From NCBI GenBank assembly GCA_044222475.1, contig JBGANF010000013.1, forward strand, positions 32,356 through 96,355: a stretch of DNA of 64,000 nt, given 5' to 3'. Each line of letters starts with the position of its first letter. Position 1 is the stretch's first letter. This stretch comes from Polyangiaceae bacterium (GTDB taxonomy: Bacteria; Myxococcota_A; Polyangia; Polyangiales; Polyangiaceae). This document shows, in pieces, positions 18,648 through 30,008 of the stretch. Under the pieces are notes generated by a model. The model saw only the letters and a list, made by a program, of their open reading frames with translations. It had not been told where the DNA came from and searched no databases. A program made the translations under genes and the position numbers.

Positions 18648-20129
18648 ATGGGATTTCCTCTCCTCTTAGCGCTCCGTTATCTCCGCTCGAAGAAGCGTCA
18701 GTCGGTCTCGGTCGGCACCGCCTTCGCGACGATCGGCGTCACGTTGGGCGTGGCCGCACTCGCGATCGTAATGAGCGTGACGGGCGGCTTCCAGGAGCAA
18801 TTTCGTGACAAGGTCTTGGGCGTCAACGCGCACGTCCTCGTCCTGAAGTACTCGATCGATTTTCGCGAGTACCGCGACGTCATGAAGAAGTGCGAGAAGA
18901 TCCCCGGAGTCGTCGGGGTCGCGCCGTTCATCATCAACCCGATGATGGTGACGCACGGCGATCGCACCGCCACCGGCGTGCTCCTCAAGGGCGTCGATCC
19001 GGTGCTGATGCCGAAGGTCCTCGATCTCCCGAAGCACATCACCGCCGGCTCGCTCGACGGGCTCCGGCGGCCCGACGCCAAGCCTCCCGAGCGGCGCACC
19101 GGGTTGAAGGCGTCGCCCGAGGGTAGCGCGGGCGCGCCGCTCAAGTCACCGCTCGAGGCGATGGGTCTCCCCGATCCGCAAGCCAGCGCGCTCGCGCCTC
19201 CGCCCGGCGGGTTCGCTCCTCCGGGGGCCGTCACGCCGGAGGGGGGCTTCCAGTCGCAGCTCCCCGACGTGGACGTCCTCCCCGACGAGATCGATCCCGA
19301 CCCGTGCAAGAGCGCCGACCAGGTGAAGAAGATGCCCGGCATCGTCGTCGGTCGTACGCTCGCGAAGCAGCTCGGCGTCGAGATCGGCGACTGCGTGCAG
19401 GTCACGTCGCCGACGATCGGTCTCGCGTTCGGCGCGAGCTCGCGCCCACCGGTCGCGAAGCAGTTCCGCGTGATCGCCACCTTCGAAGCCGGCTTCGATC
19501 AGTACGACTCGAAGCTCGTCTACACCGACCTCTACGAAGCACAGGCCTTCTACGATCAAGGCGACAGCGTCACCGGCGTCGAGATGAAGGTCGACGACAT
19601 CGACGACTCGAAGGCGATCACGATGGAGGTCGATCGCCGCCTCGGCAACAGCGTCTATCACACGATGGACTGGATGGACCTGAACCACGGGCTGTTCACC
19701 GCGCTACTCATCCAGCAGATCGGGATGAGCGTCGTGCTGGCGCTCATCATCGTCGTCGCGGCGTTCACCGTCGTCGCGACGTTGATCATGATCGTCCTCG
19801 ACAAGAAGAAGGAGATCGCTCTCCTCAAAGCCCTCGGCGCGAGAGATTCGGAGATACTCCGCGCCTTCCTCTACCAAGGCGCGATCATCGGGGTGGTGGG
19901 GACCACGCTCGGGCTCGCGGTAGGCTACGCCTGCTGCAAAGGGCTCCTCGCGTACGGGTTCCCGCTGGACCCGAAGGTCTACTTCATCTCCCGCTTGCCG
20001 GTGAGCGTCCGGCCCCAGGAGTTCCTCATCACCGGTGCATTCTCCATCTTCATTTGCCTGGTCGCGACGATGTTCCCGGCACTATACGCTGCGAATCTGC
20101 GCCCGGCGGATGGCCTCCGGGCGGAATAG
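18648..20129 (+). CDS. lipoprotein-releasing ABC transporter permease (LolC/E family) with Pro-rich insertion
   Basis: LALRYLRSKK, GVAALAIVMSVTGGF, KKKEIALLKALGA, VYFISRLPV. Confidence 0.92.
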   Translation: MGFPLLLALRYLRSKKRQSVSVGTAFATIGVTLGVAALAIVMSVTGGFQEQFRDKVLGVNAHVLVLKYSIDFREYRDVMKKCEKIPGVVGVAPFIINPMMVTHGDRTATGVLLKGVDPVLMPKVLDLPKHITAGSLDGLRRPDAKPPERRTGLKASPEGSAGAPLKSPLEAMGLPDPQASALAPPPGGFAPPGAVTPEGGFQSQLPDVDVLPDEIDPDPCKSADQVKKMPGIVVGRTLAKQLGVEIGDCVQVTSPTIGLAFGASSRPPVAKQFRVIATFEAGFDQYDSKLVYTDLYEAQAFYDQGDSVTGVEMKVDDIDDSKAITMEVDRRLGNSVYHTMDWMDLNHGLFTALLIQQIGMSVVLALIIVVAAFTVVATLIMIVLDKKKEIALLKALGARDSEILRAFLYQGAIIGVVGTTLGLAVGYACCKGLLAYGFPLDPKVYFISRLPVSVRPQEFLITGAFSIFICLVATMFPALYAANLRPADGLRAE

Positions 20130-20227
20130 TTTTACCCTGCAAGAATGGAGCAGGTATCGTTGACCGTCGCGCGGGCACGCTGATAAGGATGTGCGGCCGC
20201 ACCCCTCCTTGAGGTCGGCACGAATCG

Positions 20228-21844
20228 ATGCGTTGGATCGTTGACGTGAGTTCCATGGATTCTTCGACCGACACGCAGAGCTACTGCGTGGAGGCGGAGT
20301 CCTGGCAAGGAGCACTCCAATCGGCTCGGCGCCTTCGCGGCGACGACAGCCGCATGGCCGGCTTCTCGATCGACATCACGAACGACGGGTGCAAAGCCGT
20401 CGACCCGGCAGCTCGCCGTCGCTACGAGGTGAAGCGCACCAAGGACGACGCGCCGCTGACCCCGGGCGCGGAGGCACCGCCGTCTCGCCGGAGCAAGCCT
20501 CCGAAGAGCGGCAAGACGCCGGCGCCCGCCCCGACGACCAAGAAGCTCCCGGACCAGACGGTACCGATGGACGCGGTCGACGCGGACACCGTCGCGATCC
20601 CCCCGTCCGAGAAGAGCGTTCCCAAGGCAGTCGCGTCGGCCCCGTCGGTCGCCAAACCGCCGCCGCCCAAGGCCGCCGCGTCGGCGCCCAAGCTTCCGGC
20701 GCAGAAGCCCCCCACGCCCGCACCGTCGAAGCGTCCGACGTCGGAGCCGCCGGTTCCCCCCGTGGTGATCACCCGCGAGCAGAACCCCACTCCCGAGGTG
20801 CCGCTCACCTACCGCGAGTACGGGTTCGTCGTGCCCGCCGGCACGACCGAGGACGCGGCAGCGCAGATCCTCTTGGTGCAGTATGCACGCATCAAGCGCA
20901 CGCTCGAGAGCGCGCCGGCCGGCAAGCTCGTGAACCTCGCCGCGTTCGACGTGGTGTTCGAGGGTCCGCCGCCGGTGAAGCCCGTGGCGACGCTCACCTG
21001 GAAGGACTGGCGCGGCGAGCCGACGACCGCCTTCCCGCGTCGGAAGAAGAAGTCGAGCGCGCCGCCTCCCGCCGTCGCGGCCGCCCCCGCCGTCGTGATC
21101 CCGCCCGCCGCTGCAATCCCGGTCATTTCGCCCGCGCCCGCACCCGCGCCCGCACCCGCACCCGCACCCGAACCGGTGCCCGTCGCGGTCGCACCCGCCC
21201 AAGCCCCTGCGCGCCCGGCCTCGAACCCGCCGCCGGCGCCCGCCGCGCGTCCGCCGTCGAACCCGCCGCCCGCGCGCCGCGCGTCGATCCCGCCGACGTC
21301 CGGGCCCCGCGTCCGCGGCGAGGAGCTCATCTCGGTCCTCTTCGAGGCCATGCACGACCTCCACTTCCAACGTGACGCCGTCGAAGGCGCCGACTTCTGC
21401 CTTCGCCTCGCGCTCCAGCAGCTCCCGTCCCGTTTTGGGATCGTCTACTTCTACGACATCGACAAGCGCGAGTACGTCGTCGTGGCGGTGCGGGGCCCGC
21501 AAGCCCCGTCGATCCTCCTCCGCCGCACGCCCGACACCGAGGCCGCGTTCGCCCAAGCGACGCGTCGCCGCCGCGCCCTCCTCCTCGCGGGCGAAGAGCT
21601 GACGGCCCACGGCCCGATCGTCGGGAGCGCGAAGAGCGTCATCCTCGCGCCGGTCATGGACGTCGGCCGCTACCTCGGCGCGATCGAGCTCGTCGATCCC
21701 GAAGACGGGCACGCCTTCACCGAGCTCGACGCGAACGCTGTGTCGTACATCGCCGGTCAGCTCGCCGAGTTCGCCTCGGCCCGCGGCGTCATCGTCGACC
21801 CCGAACGCGTCAGCGAGACGGCAGCCCAGGTTCGAGCCCGCTAG
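20228..21844 (+). CDS. Pro-rich protein with C-terminal GAF domain
   Basis: SVILAPV…GRYLGAIELVDP.DGHAFTELD GAF signature. Confidence 0.8.
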   Translation: MRWIVDVSSMDSSTDTQSYCVEAESWQGALQSARRLRGDDSRMAGFSIDITNDGCKAVDPAARRRYEVKRTKDDAPLTPGAEAPPSRRSKPPKSGKTPAPAPTTKKLPDQTVPMDAVDADTVAIPPSEKSVPKAVASAPSVAKPPPPKAAASAPKLPAQKPPTPAPSKRPTSEPPVPPVVITREQNPTPEVPLTYREYGFVVPAGTTEDAAAQILLVQYARIKRTLESAPAGKLVNLAAFDVVFEGPPPVKPVATLTWKDWRGEPTTAFPRRKKKSSAPPPAVAAAPAVVIPPAAAIPVISPAPAPAPAPAPAPEPVPVAVAPAQAPARPASNPPPAPAARPPSNPPPARRASIPPTSGPRVRGEELISVLFEAMHDLHFQRDAVEGADFCLRLALQQLPSRFGIVYFYDIDKREYVVVAVRGPQAPSILLRRTPDTEAAFAQATRRRRALLLAGEELTAHGPIVGSAKSVILAPVMDVGRYLGAIELVDPEDGHAFTELDANAVSYIAGQLAEFASARGVIVDPERVSETAAQVRAR

Positions 21845-21866
21845 ACGAAGCGGAAGGAGCACACGC

Positions 21867-23489
21867 GTGGAGTCTTCGCGCCGTGACAGAGCCCTCTTCT
21901 TCGTGCTGTTGCCGGCCGTTCTCGTCGCCGTCGCCGTTCTCGCGTACTTCACGATCCGAACCACGTTCCAGCTCGACAAGCTCGGCCAGCAGGCCGTCTT
22001 CGAGTCCACCTACAGCCTCGCGACCGAGAAGGCCGATCGCCTCGACAAGCGCATCATCACCGAGGACAACGTCGTCTTCGCCATCGCCGATCCGGCGCAC
22101 CTCTCCGATCTCCCGTCGCGCTGGCTGCCCACCGCCCAGCGCGAGACGCCGACGGTGCGCGCGATCCTCGTTCTCGACGAGGCGCTCGAGGTCCTCGCGT
22201 TCGCGTCGCGCGCCGGCGGCGCCTGGGCCGACGAGGAGACGTTTCGTCGCCTCCTCGTGAGCCGGATGGCGAGCGACATGACGCTCCCGTCGCAGCCTCT
22301 CGACGAGCTTCGTCACCTCCACCGCGAGTACAACGGCCAGAGCTACCTCGTGAGCTACTGGCAGCGCGTGAGCGAAGGGCGACGCTACATCGTCGTCGCC
22401 TGGCACGACGTCGGTCGCATCGTGAAGGACACGTTCCCCTCGCTCTACCCCGAGGCCAACGCGAGCGGCGCGAGCCGCGTGAACGTGGTCGACGAAGACG
22501 GCCGCATCATCTTCGGCCCACCGCTGAACAGCGGCGAGTTCACCGTAGGCGTGTCGTTCCCGACCACGCTCTACAACTGGCGGCTCCAAGTCGCGCCGAC
22601 GAAGAGCGAAGAGCTGAGAAGCGGCGTCCAGTCACGCAAGACGCTGGAGATCACGCTCGTCTCGCTCTCGTGCATCGTCATCGTCGCCGGCGTGTTCGCG
22701 ATCTTGCTCGCCGTGCAACGCGAGCGGCGCATGAACGAGCTCAAGAGCGAGTTCGTCGCCAACGTGAGCCACGAGCTCAAGACGCCGCTCGCGCTCGTCC
22801 GCATGTTCGGGGAGATGCTGCAGTCGGGGCGCGTCTCCAGCGACGAGAAGCGAAAGGAGTACCTCGACATCATCGTCCACGAGAGCGAGCGCCTCTCGAG
22901 CCTGATCGAGAACGTGCTCGACTTCGCGCGCGTGGAGCGCGGGCGCGAAGCGTACGATTTCAGCGACGGTGACGTGAGCGAGCCGGTGCGCAAAGCGGTC
23001 CAGGCGCTGCGGGTTCGCGCCGAGCGCGAGGCGGTTGCTCTGGACTACCGTCAGGACGAGGAGTTGCCGCTCGTCCGGCTGGACGAACGTGCCGTGCAGC
23101 TCCTCGTCATGAACCTCGTCGACAACGCCATCAAGTACGCCGCCGACGGCAAGATCGTTAGGATCAGCGTCGCTCGGGACGGGGACGAGGTCGTCGTCCG
23201 CGTGGCGGACGAGGGGCCCGGCATCCGAAAAGCCGAACAAGAGCGTATTTTCGAGCGTTTCGTGCGCGGATCGGCCGCGCGAGCGGCCACGACGGAGGCC
23301 CGTCCGGGGTCGGGGAAGGTGCCCGTGCGAGGCAGCGGGATCGGGCTCGCCCTCGTGAAGCACATCGCCGAAGCCCACGGCGGCACCGTGTCGGTGGAGA
23401 GCGAGGAGGGGAAGGGGAGCACCTTCGTCGTTCGCCTGCCCGCGCTCGCCACGCCCGTCTCGAGCGGAGAGAGAGCGAACGCCCATTGA
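21867..23489 (+). CDS. membrane sensor histidine kinase
   Basis: Two TM helices; [14 protein letters not shown]-box; [30 protein letters not shown]. Confidence 0.96.
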   Translation: MESSRRDRALFFVLLPAVLVAVAVLAYFTIRTTFQLDKLGQQAVFESTYSLATEKADRLDKRIITEDNVVFAIADPAHLSDLPSRWLPTAQRETPTVRAILVLDEALEVLAFASRAGGAWADEETFRRLLVSRMASDMTLPSQPLDELRHLHREYNGQSYLVSYWQRVSEGRRYIVVAWHDVGRIVKDTFPSLYPEANASGASRVNVVDEDGRIIFGPPLNSGEFTVGVSFPTTLYNWRLQVAPTKSEELRSGVQSRKTLEITLVSLSCIVIVAGVFAILLAVQRERRMNELKSEFVANVSHELKTPLALVRMFGEMLQSGRVSSDEKRKEYLDIIVHESERLSSLIENVLDFARVERGREAYDFSDGDVSEPVRKAVQALRVRAEREAVALDYRQDEELPLVRLDERAVQLLVMNLVDNAIKYAADGKIVRISVARDGDEVVVRVADEGPGIRKAEQERIFERFVRGSAARAATTEARPGSGKVPVRGSGIGLALVKHIAEAHGGTVSVESEEGKGSTFVVRLPALATPVSSGERANAH

Positions 23490-23577
23490 CGGCGCGCGCG
23501 CGCGCGATATCGTCAAGGGGGAGAGAGAAAACCGGCCCACACCATGTGGCCCGGTGGAGTCATCAAGGTCGATTTCA

Positions 23578-24480
23578 ATGGCGAACGAGGATGCGAAGCT
23601 GTTCGTTGCCGGGCTGCCGGACAGCATTTCGGAAGATGTACTGAAGCAGCTCTTCGAAGCGACCGGCGGGACGGTCGTTCAAGTGAGCCTGCCGAAGGAC
23701 CGGATGACCGGTCGCCCGCGCGGGTTTGGATTCGTCACCCTGGCCACACCGGCCGAAGCGCAAGCCGCGCGCGATGCGCTCGATGGCTCGTTGCAGGCGG
23801 GAAAATCGATCTCCGTGCGGCCGTTCCAAGCCGAGCCGCCGCGTCGTGACGCAGCTGGTCCGCCGGGCTCTCGCCCTGGTTCATTCGGTGGAGGTCCACG
23901 ATCGAGCGGCCCCGGCAGCGGTGGCCCGGCTGCGCCGGATCGAACGCTCTACGTCGGCAACCTTCCGTACGACTGCACCCAGCTCGAGCTGGAGACTCTG
24001 ATCAACGGCGTCACCGGCGAAGCTGGTCAGGTCGTGCGCATCCACATGCCGATGGACCAGGATGGTCGCAAGCGCGGCTTCGGGTTCGTCACGCTCTCGA
24101 GCGGCGAAACCGCGAAGGCAGCGGCGGAAGCGCTCAAGACGGCCGACCTCCGCGGTCGTCGTCTCGTCGTGAACCTCGCTCACCCCAAGGGTGACCGTCC
24201 GCCTCGCGCCGATGGCGGCGGGTTCGGCGGGGGTGGCGGCGGCTACGGCGGCGGTGGCGGTGGCTACGGCGGCGGCGGTGGCGGCGGTTTCCCCGGCGGA
24301 GGAGGCGGCTTCCCGTCCTCGGGACCCCCACCCCAGCGAAAGACGTTCGACAGCGAGCGACGCCGCAAGGCCGGCGGCGCGGGCGGTGGCGACGAAGGCC
24401 CGCCCAAGAAGGGCGGTCGCCGTGACCGCGACGCCGACGACCGTGCGGGACGCGGTCGCGACGACTGGGATGACGACTAG
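23578..24480 (+). CDS. RNA-binding protein with two RRM domains and Gly-rich tail
   Basis: LFVAGL/RGFGFV and LYVGNL/RGFGFV RNP2/RNP1 pairs. Confidence 0.93.
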   Translation: MANEDAKLFVAGLPDSISEDVLKQLFEATGGTVVQVSLPKDRMTGRPRGFGFVTLATPAEAQAARDALDGSLQAGKSISVRPFQAEPPRRDAAGPPGSRPGSFGGGPRSSGPGSGGPAAPDRTLYVGNLPYDCTQLELETLINGVTGEAGQVVRIHMPMDQDGRKRGFGFVTLSSGETAKAAAEALKTADLRGRRLVVNLAHPKGDRPPRADGGGFGGGGGGYGGGGGGYGGGGGGGFPGGGGGFPSSGPPPQRKTFDSERRRKAGGAGGGDEGPPKKGGRRDRDADDRAGRGRDDWDDD

Positions 24481-24628
24481 CCCCGCTCGGTCGCGCTGAG
24501 TGGGTAGTGCCTCGCCGAAGCCGCTACCACGCGGCTTGAACGACGCGCGTGTGCACGTTGGAAGCTCCGCATTTCCGCTCGACAAGATGACAGAGGTAGG
24601 TAGGCTTCGTGCAAGGGGAGGTAGGAGC

Positions 24629-26224
24629 ATGGGTTTTCGACACTGGCTGGCTGTCGCGGTCAGCGCTCCCGCGGTAGTGGCTGCGTTCTCGGGTGACGCA
24701 TTCGCGTTTGGTCCTAGCGTCTGCACACCAGGAACGCTCACGACCCGCATCGAGCCGACCGACACATGGAATGGCGCTTCAACGACAGGTGCTCACTTCT
24801 CACTGCCGCTAGCCTCCGGCTCGCCGACTTCGATCGCGAACAACACGGCCTACACACGATATTTGCGTGGAAGCGGCAAAGTGAGTGCCGTTTCGTTCAC
24901 CCTCGATGTCAACATTCATTCGTCAGACACGCTGATTTTCTGGGGGCCAAACGAAACGCAAACGTTCTCCGGCGGCGGCCTGATGTCGAACGTCACGACA
25001 ACGGCATTCACAAGAAACGCGGGCTTCCCCGGCTGGTACGGCAGTTTCAGCGTCAATACCGACAGCAGCCTCCCGTCGGTCGGGTTCAAGATCGCGAGCC
25101 TCAACGTTAGTTGCAGCCCGGAAGGCCCCGCACCGGCGGCATTTCCGGCGTCCGTCCACGAGAAGAACGTTGGCTTTCTCACTCAGACCAGTGACACCGT
25201 CTACTACTCGTGCCACCGTCTACTACTCGTACCCCCCCCCCCGACTGACCCTGGGACAGGGTCGCCGTTTCACCTTCATGTTGCGCTGAACCACAACGCG
25301 CCCGCGTCCAGCCAAGTCAACTTCGACTTCGACCTGTATGCCCGTTGCGGGGCATTGCCCACCGCGAGCGCATATGACTACGTTGGGTACTCTGGCACAC
25401 CGCAGGAGTTTCTCGACATCACGACGCCATGCACGTCGACGTGGTTCTTTGCGGTAAATTCGTACTCTGGAAAAGGGGTCTTCGATCTCAACATCGGTGA
25501 GGGCGGCGATCTTGTAAAGTGTATAGGGTTTCCTGTTTCGGCCGCCTACCCCACGGCTCGAAAGCAGCAAATTGCCGACCAGATCGTGGCGGACTCACGA
25601 GCATTCTACGGCGCAACGCTCGGTGGCCTATTCGTCAATAGGCTCATTTTCATCGACGGCGATCTTTCGAGCACATGCGTCCCCTATCCTGGTCAAGCGG
25701 CTCGTCCTATCGACGCAGTGATTTCCGATGCGTGCTCTGGCTCACAGACGGCTCCGAACGCTGGGCAGATGACCTTCGCGATCCCGAAGAATCCTGCCTT
25801 CTGTAGCGGCAACCAATGGGACGCAAACCGCCCTTACGTTTTTCCGCATGAACTGGGACACAACTTGTTCCAGTTCCCGGATGAGTATCAGCCAGGGGGC
25901 GACGTGTGTGGACACTCGCTCATGGGCTTTCCAACCCCGCTCGGCGCGATCAGCCTCTGTAGCTTGTACAACCACGCGAAGGACCCGCCCGGCGTCTACG
26001 TGGATCCAGGGACCAATGCGCAAAGCACGACGCCCTTTGGAAACGGAGTTTCCATGTGGCAAAAGGCTGCAGCCAACTACTACGGTCGCCACATCAATAT
26101 GACTGTTGACGCATCCGGAAATCCTCGAATGATGCCGGTATTCACGGCCGACAACTATGCATTTCAGGATTTCGACTTCAATTCCTACCTTGTGCATCTC
26201 GAAAAGGTCGTTCAATTCAACTGA
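24629..26224 (+). CDS. secreted putative zinc metalloprotease (PPC-like domain plus CLCA/M64-like HExxH domain)
   Basis: Signal peptide; DFDLYARCGALPT.SAYDY PPC-like motif; HELGHNLFQFPDEY…CGHSLM; lower-GC DNA; GGAG RBS. Confidence 0.7.
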   Translation: MGFRHWLAVAVSAPAVVAAFSGDAFAFGPSVCTPGTLTTRIEPTDTWNGASTTGAHFSLPLASGSPTSIANNTAYTRYLRGSGKVSAVSFTLDVNIHSSDTLIFWGPNETQTFSGGGLMSNVTTTAFTRNAGFPGWYGSFSVNTDSSLPSVGFKIASLNVSCSPEGPAPAAFPASVHEKNVGFLTQTSDTVYYSCHRLLLVPPPPTDPGTGSPFHLHVALNHNAPASSQVNFDFDLYARCGALPTASAYDYVGYSGTPQEFLDITTPCTSTWFFAVNSYSGKGVFDLNIGEGGDLVKCIGFPVSAAYPTARKQQIADQIVADSRAFYGATLGGLFVNRLIFIDGDLSSTCVPYPGQAARPIDAVISDACSGSQTAPNAGQMTFAIPKNPAFCSGNQWDANRPYVFPHELGHNLFQFPDEYQPGGDVCGHSLMGFPTPLGAISLCSLYNHAKDPPGVYVDPGTNAQSTTPFGNGVSMWQKAAANYYGRHINMTVDASGNPRMMPVFTADNYAFQDFDFNSYLVHLEKVVQFN

Positions 26225-26242
26225 CAGCAGCGGAGAAGTGTC

Positions 26243-27136
26243 ATGAGAGCTATGTACGCAGTCCTCCTCCTCACCACGCTCGGGTTCGCTGCATGTACGA
26301 CGAACGAGAAGCCGACGGCGCCCTTCGCGCCGTTCCCCGTCGCCCCTGGCCGCCGCGCGAACATCACCCCAGCTGACTTGCTCACGCAAACTGGGTTCAC
26401 TCCGATTCGAATCTCGTTCGGAGGCTCAAACCAAGAAGCGCTCCTCCAGCAAGTCGCGACCAAGGTGAAGCTGCGTACGTATCCGGAGTTGGTCGCCGTA
26501 CCTTTCACACCCGTGATTCACGCTGCCGATCCAGGTGTTGACACCGGAACGTATGGGAAAGACGCTGCAGTCGGTCCGGCGTACGATTACAGCAATTGGG
26601 TCGAGCTCACTCCCCAGAAGCCACTCGACCCGGCCCGGTGGTACGTGATGAGTTTCGATGCACTCACCACCTCAGATGGGTTCATCGACGAACGCACGCT
26701 TGTCGTGCCGGGAGAGCCTAAACAGTACGGGGCACGCTTCTGCCCCGGGTCGGCACCGATTATCAATCGGGTCCGAGTCGGAGCGACAGGTGCTGTCGAG
26801 GTCACATTTTCCGAGGGCGTCATGGTCGATCCGAAGACGGTAGAAGCCTACCTACTTGCAAGGAACCCCGACTCATCACCATGCAAGTACCGGCCGCCGA
26901 GCTTCATGCCGCAAGGACCGGTAGGAGCCGCCGACTTCGACTGTGACGCGTCTGCGTTCAAACAGAGCAACTTGACCGTGACGCTTACGCAGGGCCTGAA
27001 GAACCCTGACGGCGCCGCACTGTCTTGGTTCGATGGATCGGCGACGACCAGCAGCGCGCTGACGACAAACCAGGGAGCGCGGGTCATGAAATTCACGGCG
27101 GATTGCGGAAGTGGGTGCCTCAGGTGGACGCCTTGA
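26243..27136 (+). CDS. hypothetical lipoprotein (Ig-like)
   Basis: FAAC lipobox; VEVTFSEGV; lower-GC DNA. Confidence 0.7.
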   Translation: MRAMYAVLLLTTLGFAACTTNEKPTAPFAPFPVAPGRRANITPADLLTQTGFTPIRISFGGSNQEALLQQVATKVKLRTYPELVAVPFTPVIHAADPGVDTGTYGKDAAVGPAYDYSNWVELTPQKPLDPARWYVMSFDALTTSDGFIDERTLVVPGEPKQYGARFCPGSAPIINRVRVGATGAVEVTFSEGVMVDPKTVEAYLLARNPDSSPCKYRPPSFMPQGPVGAADFDCDASAFKQSNLTVTLTQGLKNPDGAALSWFDGSATTSSALTTNQGARVMKFTADCGSGCLRWTP

Positions 27137-27167
27137 GGGTCGAGAACCGGCCAGCGCTACGCGAGGC

Positions 27168-27195
27168 TTGACGAATCCTCGAAGTGCAGTAAGTT
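27168..27195 (+). promoter_or_regulatory. putative sigma70 promoter of rpmG
   Basis: TTGACG-16 nt-TAAGTT. Confidence 0.45.
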
Positions 27196-27222
27196 CCGCG
27201 CCCTTCCCGGGAAACCAAAGTC

Positions 27223-27384
27223 ATGCGCGACCTCATCAAGATGACGTGCGGCCAATGCGGTCGCGCCAACTACACGACGACCAAGAACAAGCGGACGATG
27301 TCCGAGAAGTTCGAGATCAAGAAGTTCTGCCCCGTGTGCCGGAAGCACTTCCCGCACAAAGAGGGCAAAATCTCGAAGGGCTGA
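27223..27384 (+). CDS. rpmG: 50S ribosomal protein L33 (Zn-ribbon form); below the ORF-track size cutoff
   Basis: [53 protein letters not shown]. Confidence 0.97.
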   Translation: MRDLIKMTCGQCGRANYTTTKNKRTMSEKFEIKKFCPVCRKHFPHKEGKISKG

Positions 27385-27476
27385 TCGTCGCGGCCTAGCG
27401 CTCGGCGCCCTTGCGGTTCTCTCTCTCCGACGACGACGCTGGACGGGTGGTCAGGCCCCTACGGGGCGCTGGGTAG

Positions 27477-28586
<1,110 letters not shown>

Positions 28587-28614
28587 ATTTCGGCCGTCGT
28601 CGTGCGCCTCCGTC

Positions 28615-29487
28615 ATGACTCCGTGGAAGCGGTACCGAGACGTCGCGATCGTGGCGCTGCTCTTGGCGTTTCCGTTCTTCTTGTTGCGCTCGCACATGAA
28701 GGATCCGGCGCAGCTCAACGTCGTCGATCGCTTCCTCCTCCGCATCTCGGCCCCGATCGAGTACGTCGCCGCGACGCTCGCTCGCGGCACGACGAGCGTG
28801 TGGACCGACTACGTCTACCTCGTCGACGTGAAGGCGGACAACGAGCGGCTCGCGTACGACAACGCGCGCCTTCGTGAGCAGGTCCACGAGCTCGAGCACG
28901 TCCAGACCGAGAACCAGGATCTCCGACGGCTGCTCCAGCTTCGACAGAGCATCCCGATCGACAGCGTCAGTGCGCTCGTCGTGGTGAAGGGCTACAACGA
29001 GTTCTTCCGCGTCACGCGCCTCGTGCTCGACCGAGGCTCGCGCGACGTGAAGCCGTACATGCCGGTCGTCGCGCCGGACGGGATCGTCGGGACGGTCCTC
29101 AACGTCAACGGGGACGAGGTCACCGTGCTGCTCGCGGTCGACGCGTCGTTCGGCGTCGACGTCGAAGACGTGCGCACGAAGGCGCGCGGCTTCGTCCGCG
29201 GTACCGGCGATCCGTCGAAGCATCTGTGCCGCGTCGAGATGGTCGACTCGCGCGACGAGGTCGAGGTCGGTGACCTCCTCGTCACGAGCGGGAAGGGAAA
29301 GCGCTTCCCCGGCGGCCTTCCGGTCGCGCGGGTGACCAAGGTCGTCAAGCGCGAGATTGGCCGAGACCAGGAGGTCGAGGCGACTCCGGCCGTCGACTTC
29401 ACCAGGCTCGACTCGGCGCTCATCCTTCTGACGACCGGCGAAGAGACGCCGCCGCCGGAAACGACCGTTCGCGGGAAGAACCCATGA
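28615..29487 (+). CDS. mreC: rod shape-determining protein MreC
   Basis: TM, coiled coil, LDRGS.DVK…GIVG, GDLLVTSG…FPGGLPV. Confidence 0.96.
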   Translation: MTPWKRYRDVAIVALLLAFPFFLLRSHMKDPAQLNVVDRFLLRISAPIEYVAATLARGTTSVWTDYVYLVDVKADNERLAYDNARLREQVHELEHVQTENQDLRRLLQLRQSIPIDSVSALVVVKGYNEFFRVTRLVLDRGSRDVKPYMPVVAPDGIVGTVLNVNGDEVTVLLAVDASFGVDVEDVRTKARGFVRGTGDPSKHLCRVEMVDSRDEVEVGDLLVTSGKGKRFPGGLPVARVTKVVKREIGRDQEVEATPAVDFTRLDSALILLTTGEETPPPETTVRGKNP

Positions 29488-30008
29488 GGTACGGAGCGTT
29501 CTTCCTGGCCGGTTTCATCTTGATGATCCTCCAGGCCAACCTCTACCGAGTCACTCAGTGGATTCACGTGCCGGGTCTCGTGCCCTCGCTCGTGCTTCCG
29601 TTCGTGGTGTTCATGGGGGTGCGCGAATATCCGCTCGCGAAGGGCGCGGCGACCGCGTTCGCGCTCGGCTACGGGACCGACTTGATCGGGATGTCGCCGG
29701 TCGGGCTCTACACGTTCACGTACGTCGGGCTCTACGTGCTCGCCCGCACGGCTGGCGTGCGCCTCGCCGCGCAGACGATCTGGATGCAGCTCGCCCTCGG
29801 CCTCGGCTTCGCCGCTCTCGAGAGCGTCACCATCCTCGTCCTGCTCGCCATCTTCGGGCGCGACCCCTACGTGCCCCGCGCGCTCTACCCGATGGCGATC
29901 CCGCACGTCCTCGCGACGGCCGCGCTCTCGCCGCTGTTGTTTCGCCTCGCGCGCTTCATCCACGCGCAGACCGCGCGAGGTGAGGCCGCCGGGGGGACCG
30001 TGCGATGA
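29484..30008 (+). CDS. mreD: rod shape-determining protein MreD
   Basis: Polytopic hydrophobic protein between mreC and mrdA. Confidence 0.88.
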   Translation: MRYGAFFLAGFILMILQANLYRVTQWIHVPGLVPSLVLPFVVFMGVREYPLAKGAATAFALGYGTDLIGMSPVGLYTFTYVGLYVLARTAGVRLAAQTIWMQLALGLGFAALESVTILVLLAIFGRDPYVPRALYPMAIPHVLATAALSPLLFRLARFIHAQTARGEAAGGTVR

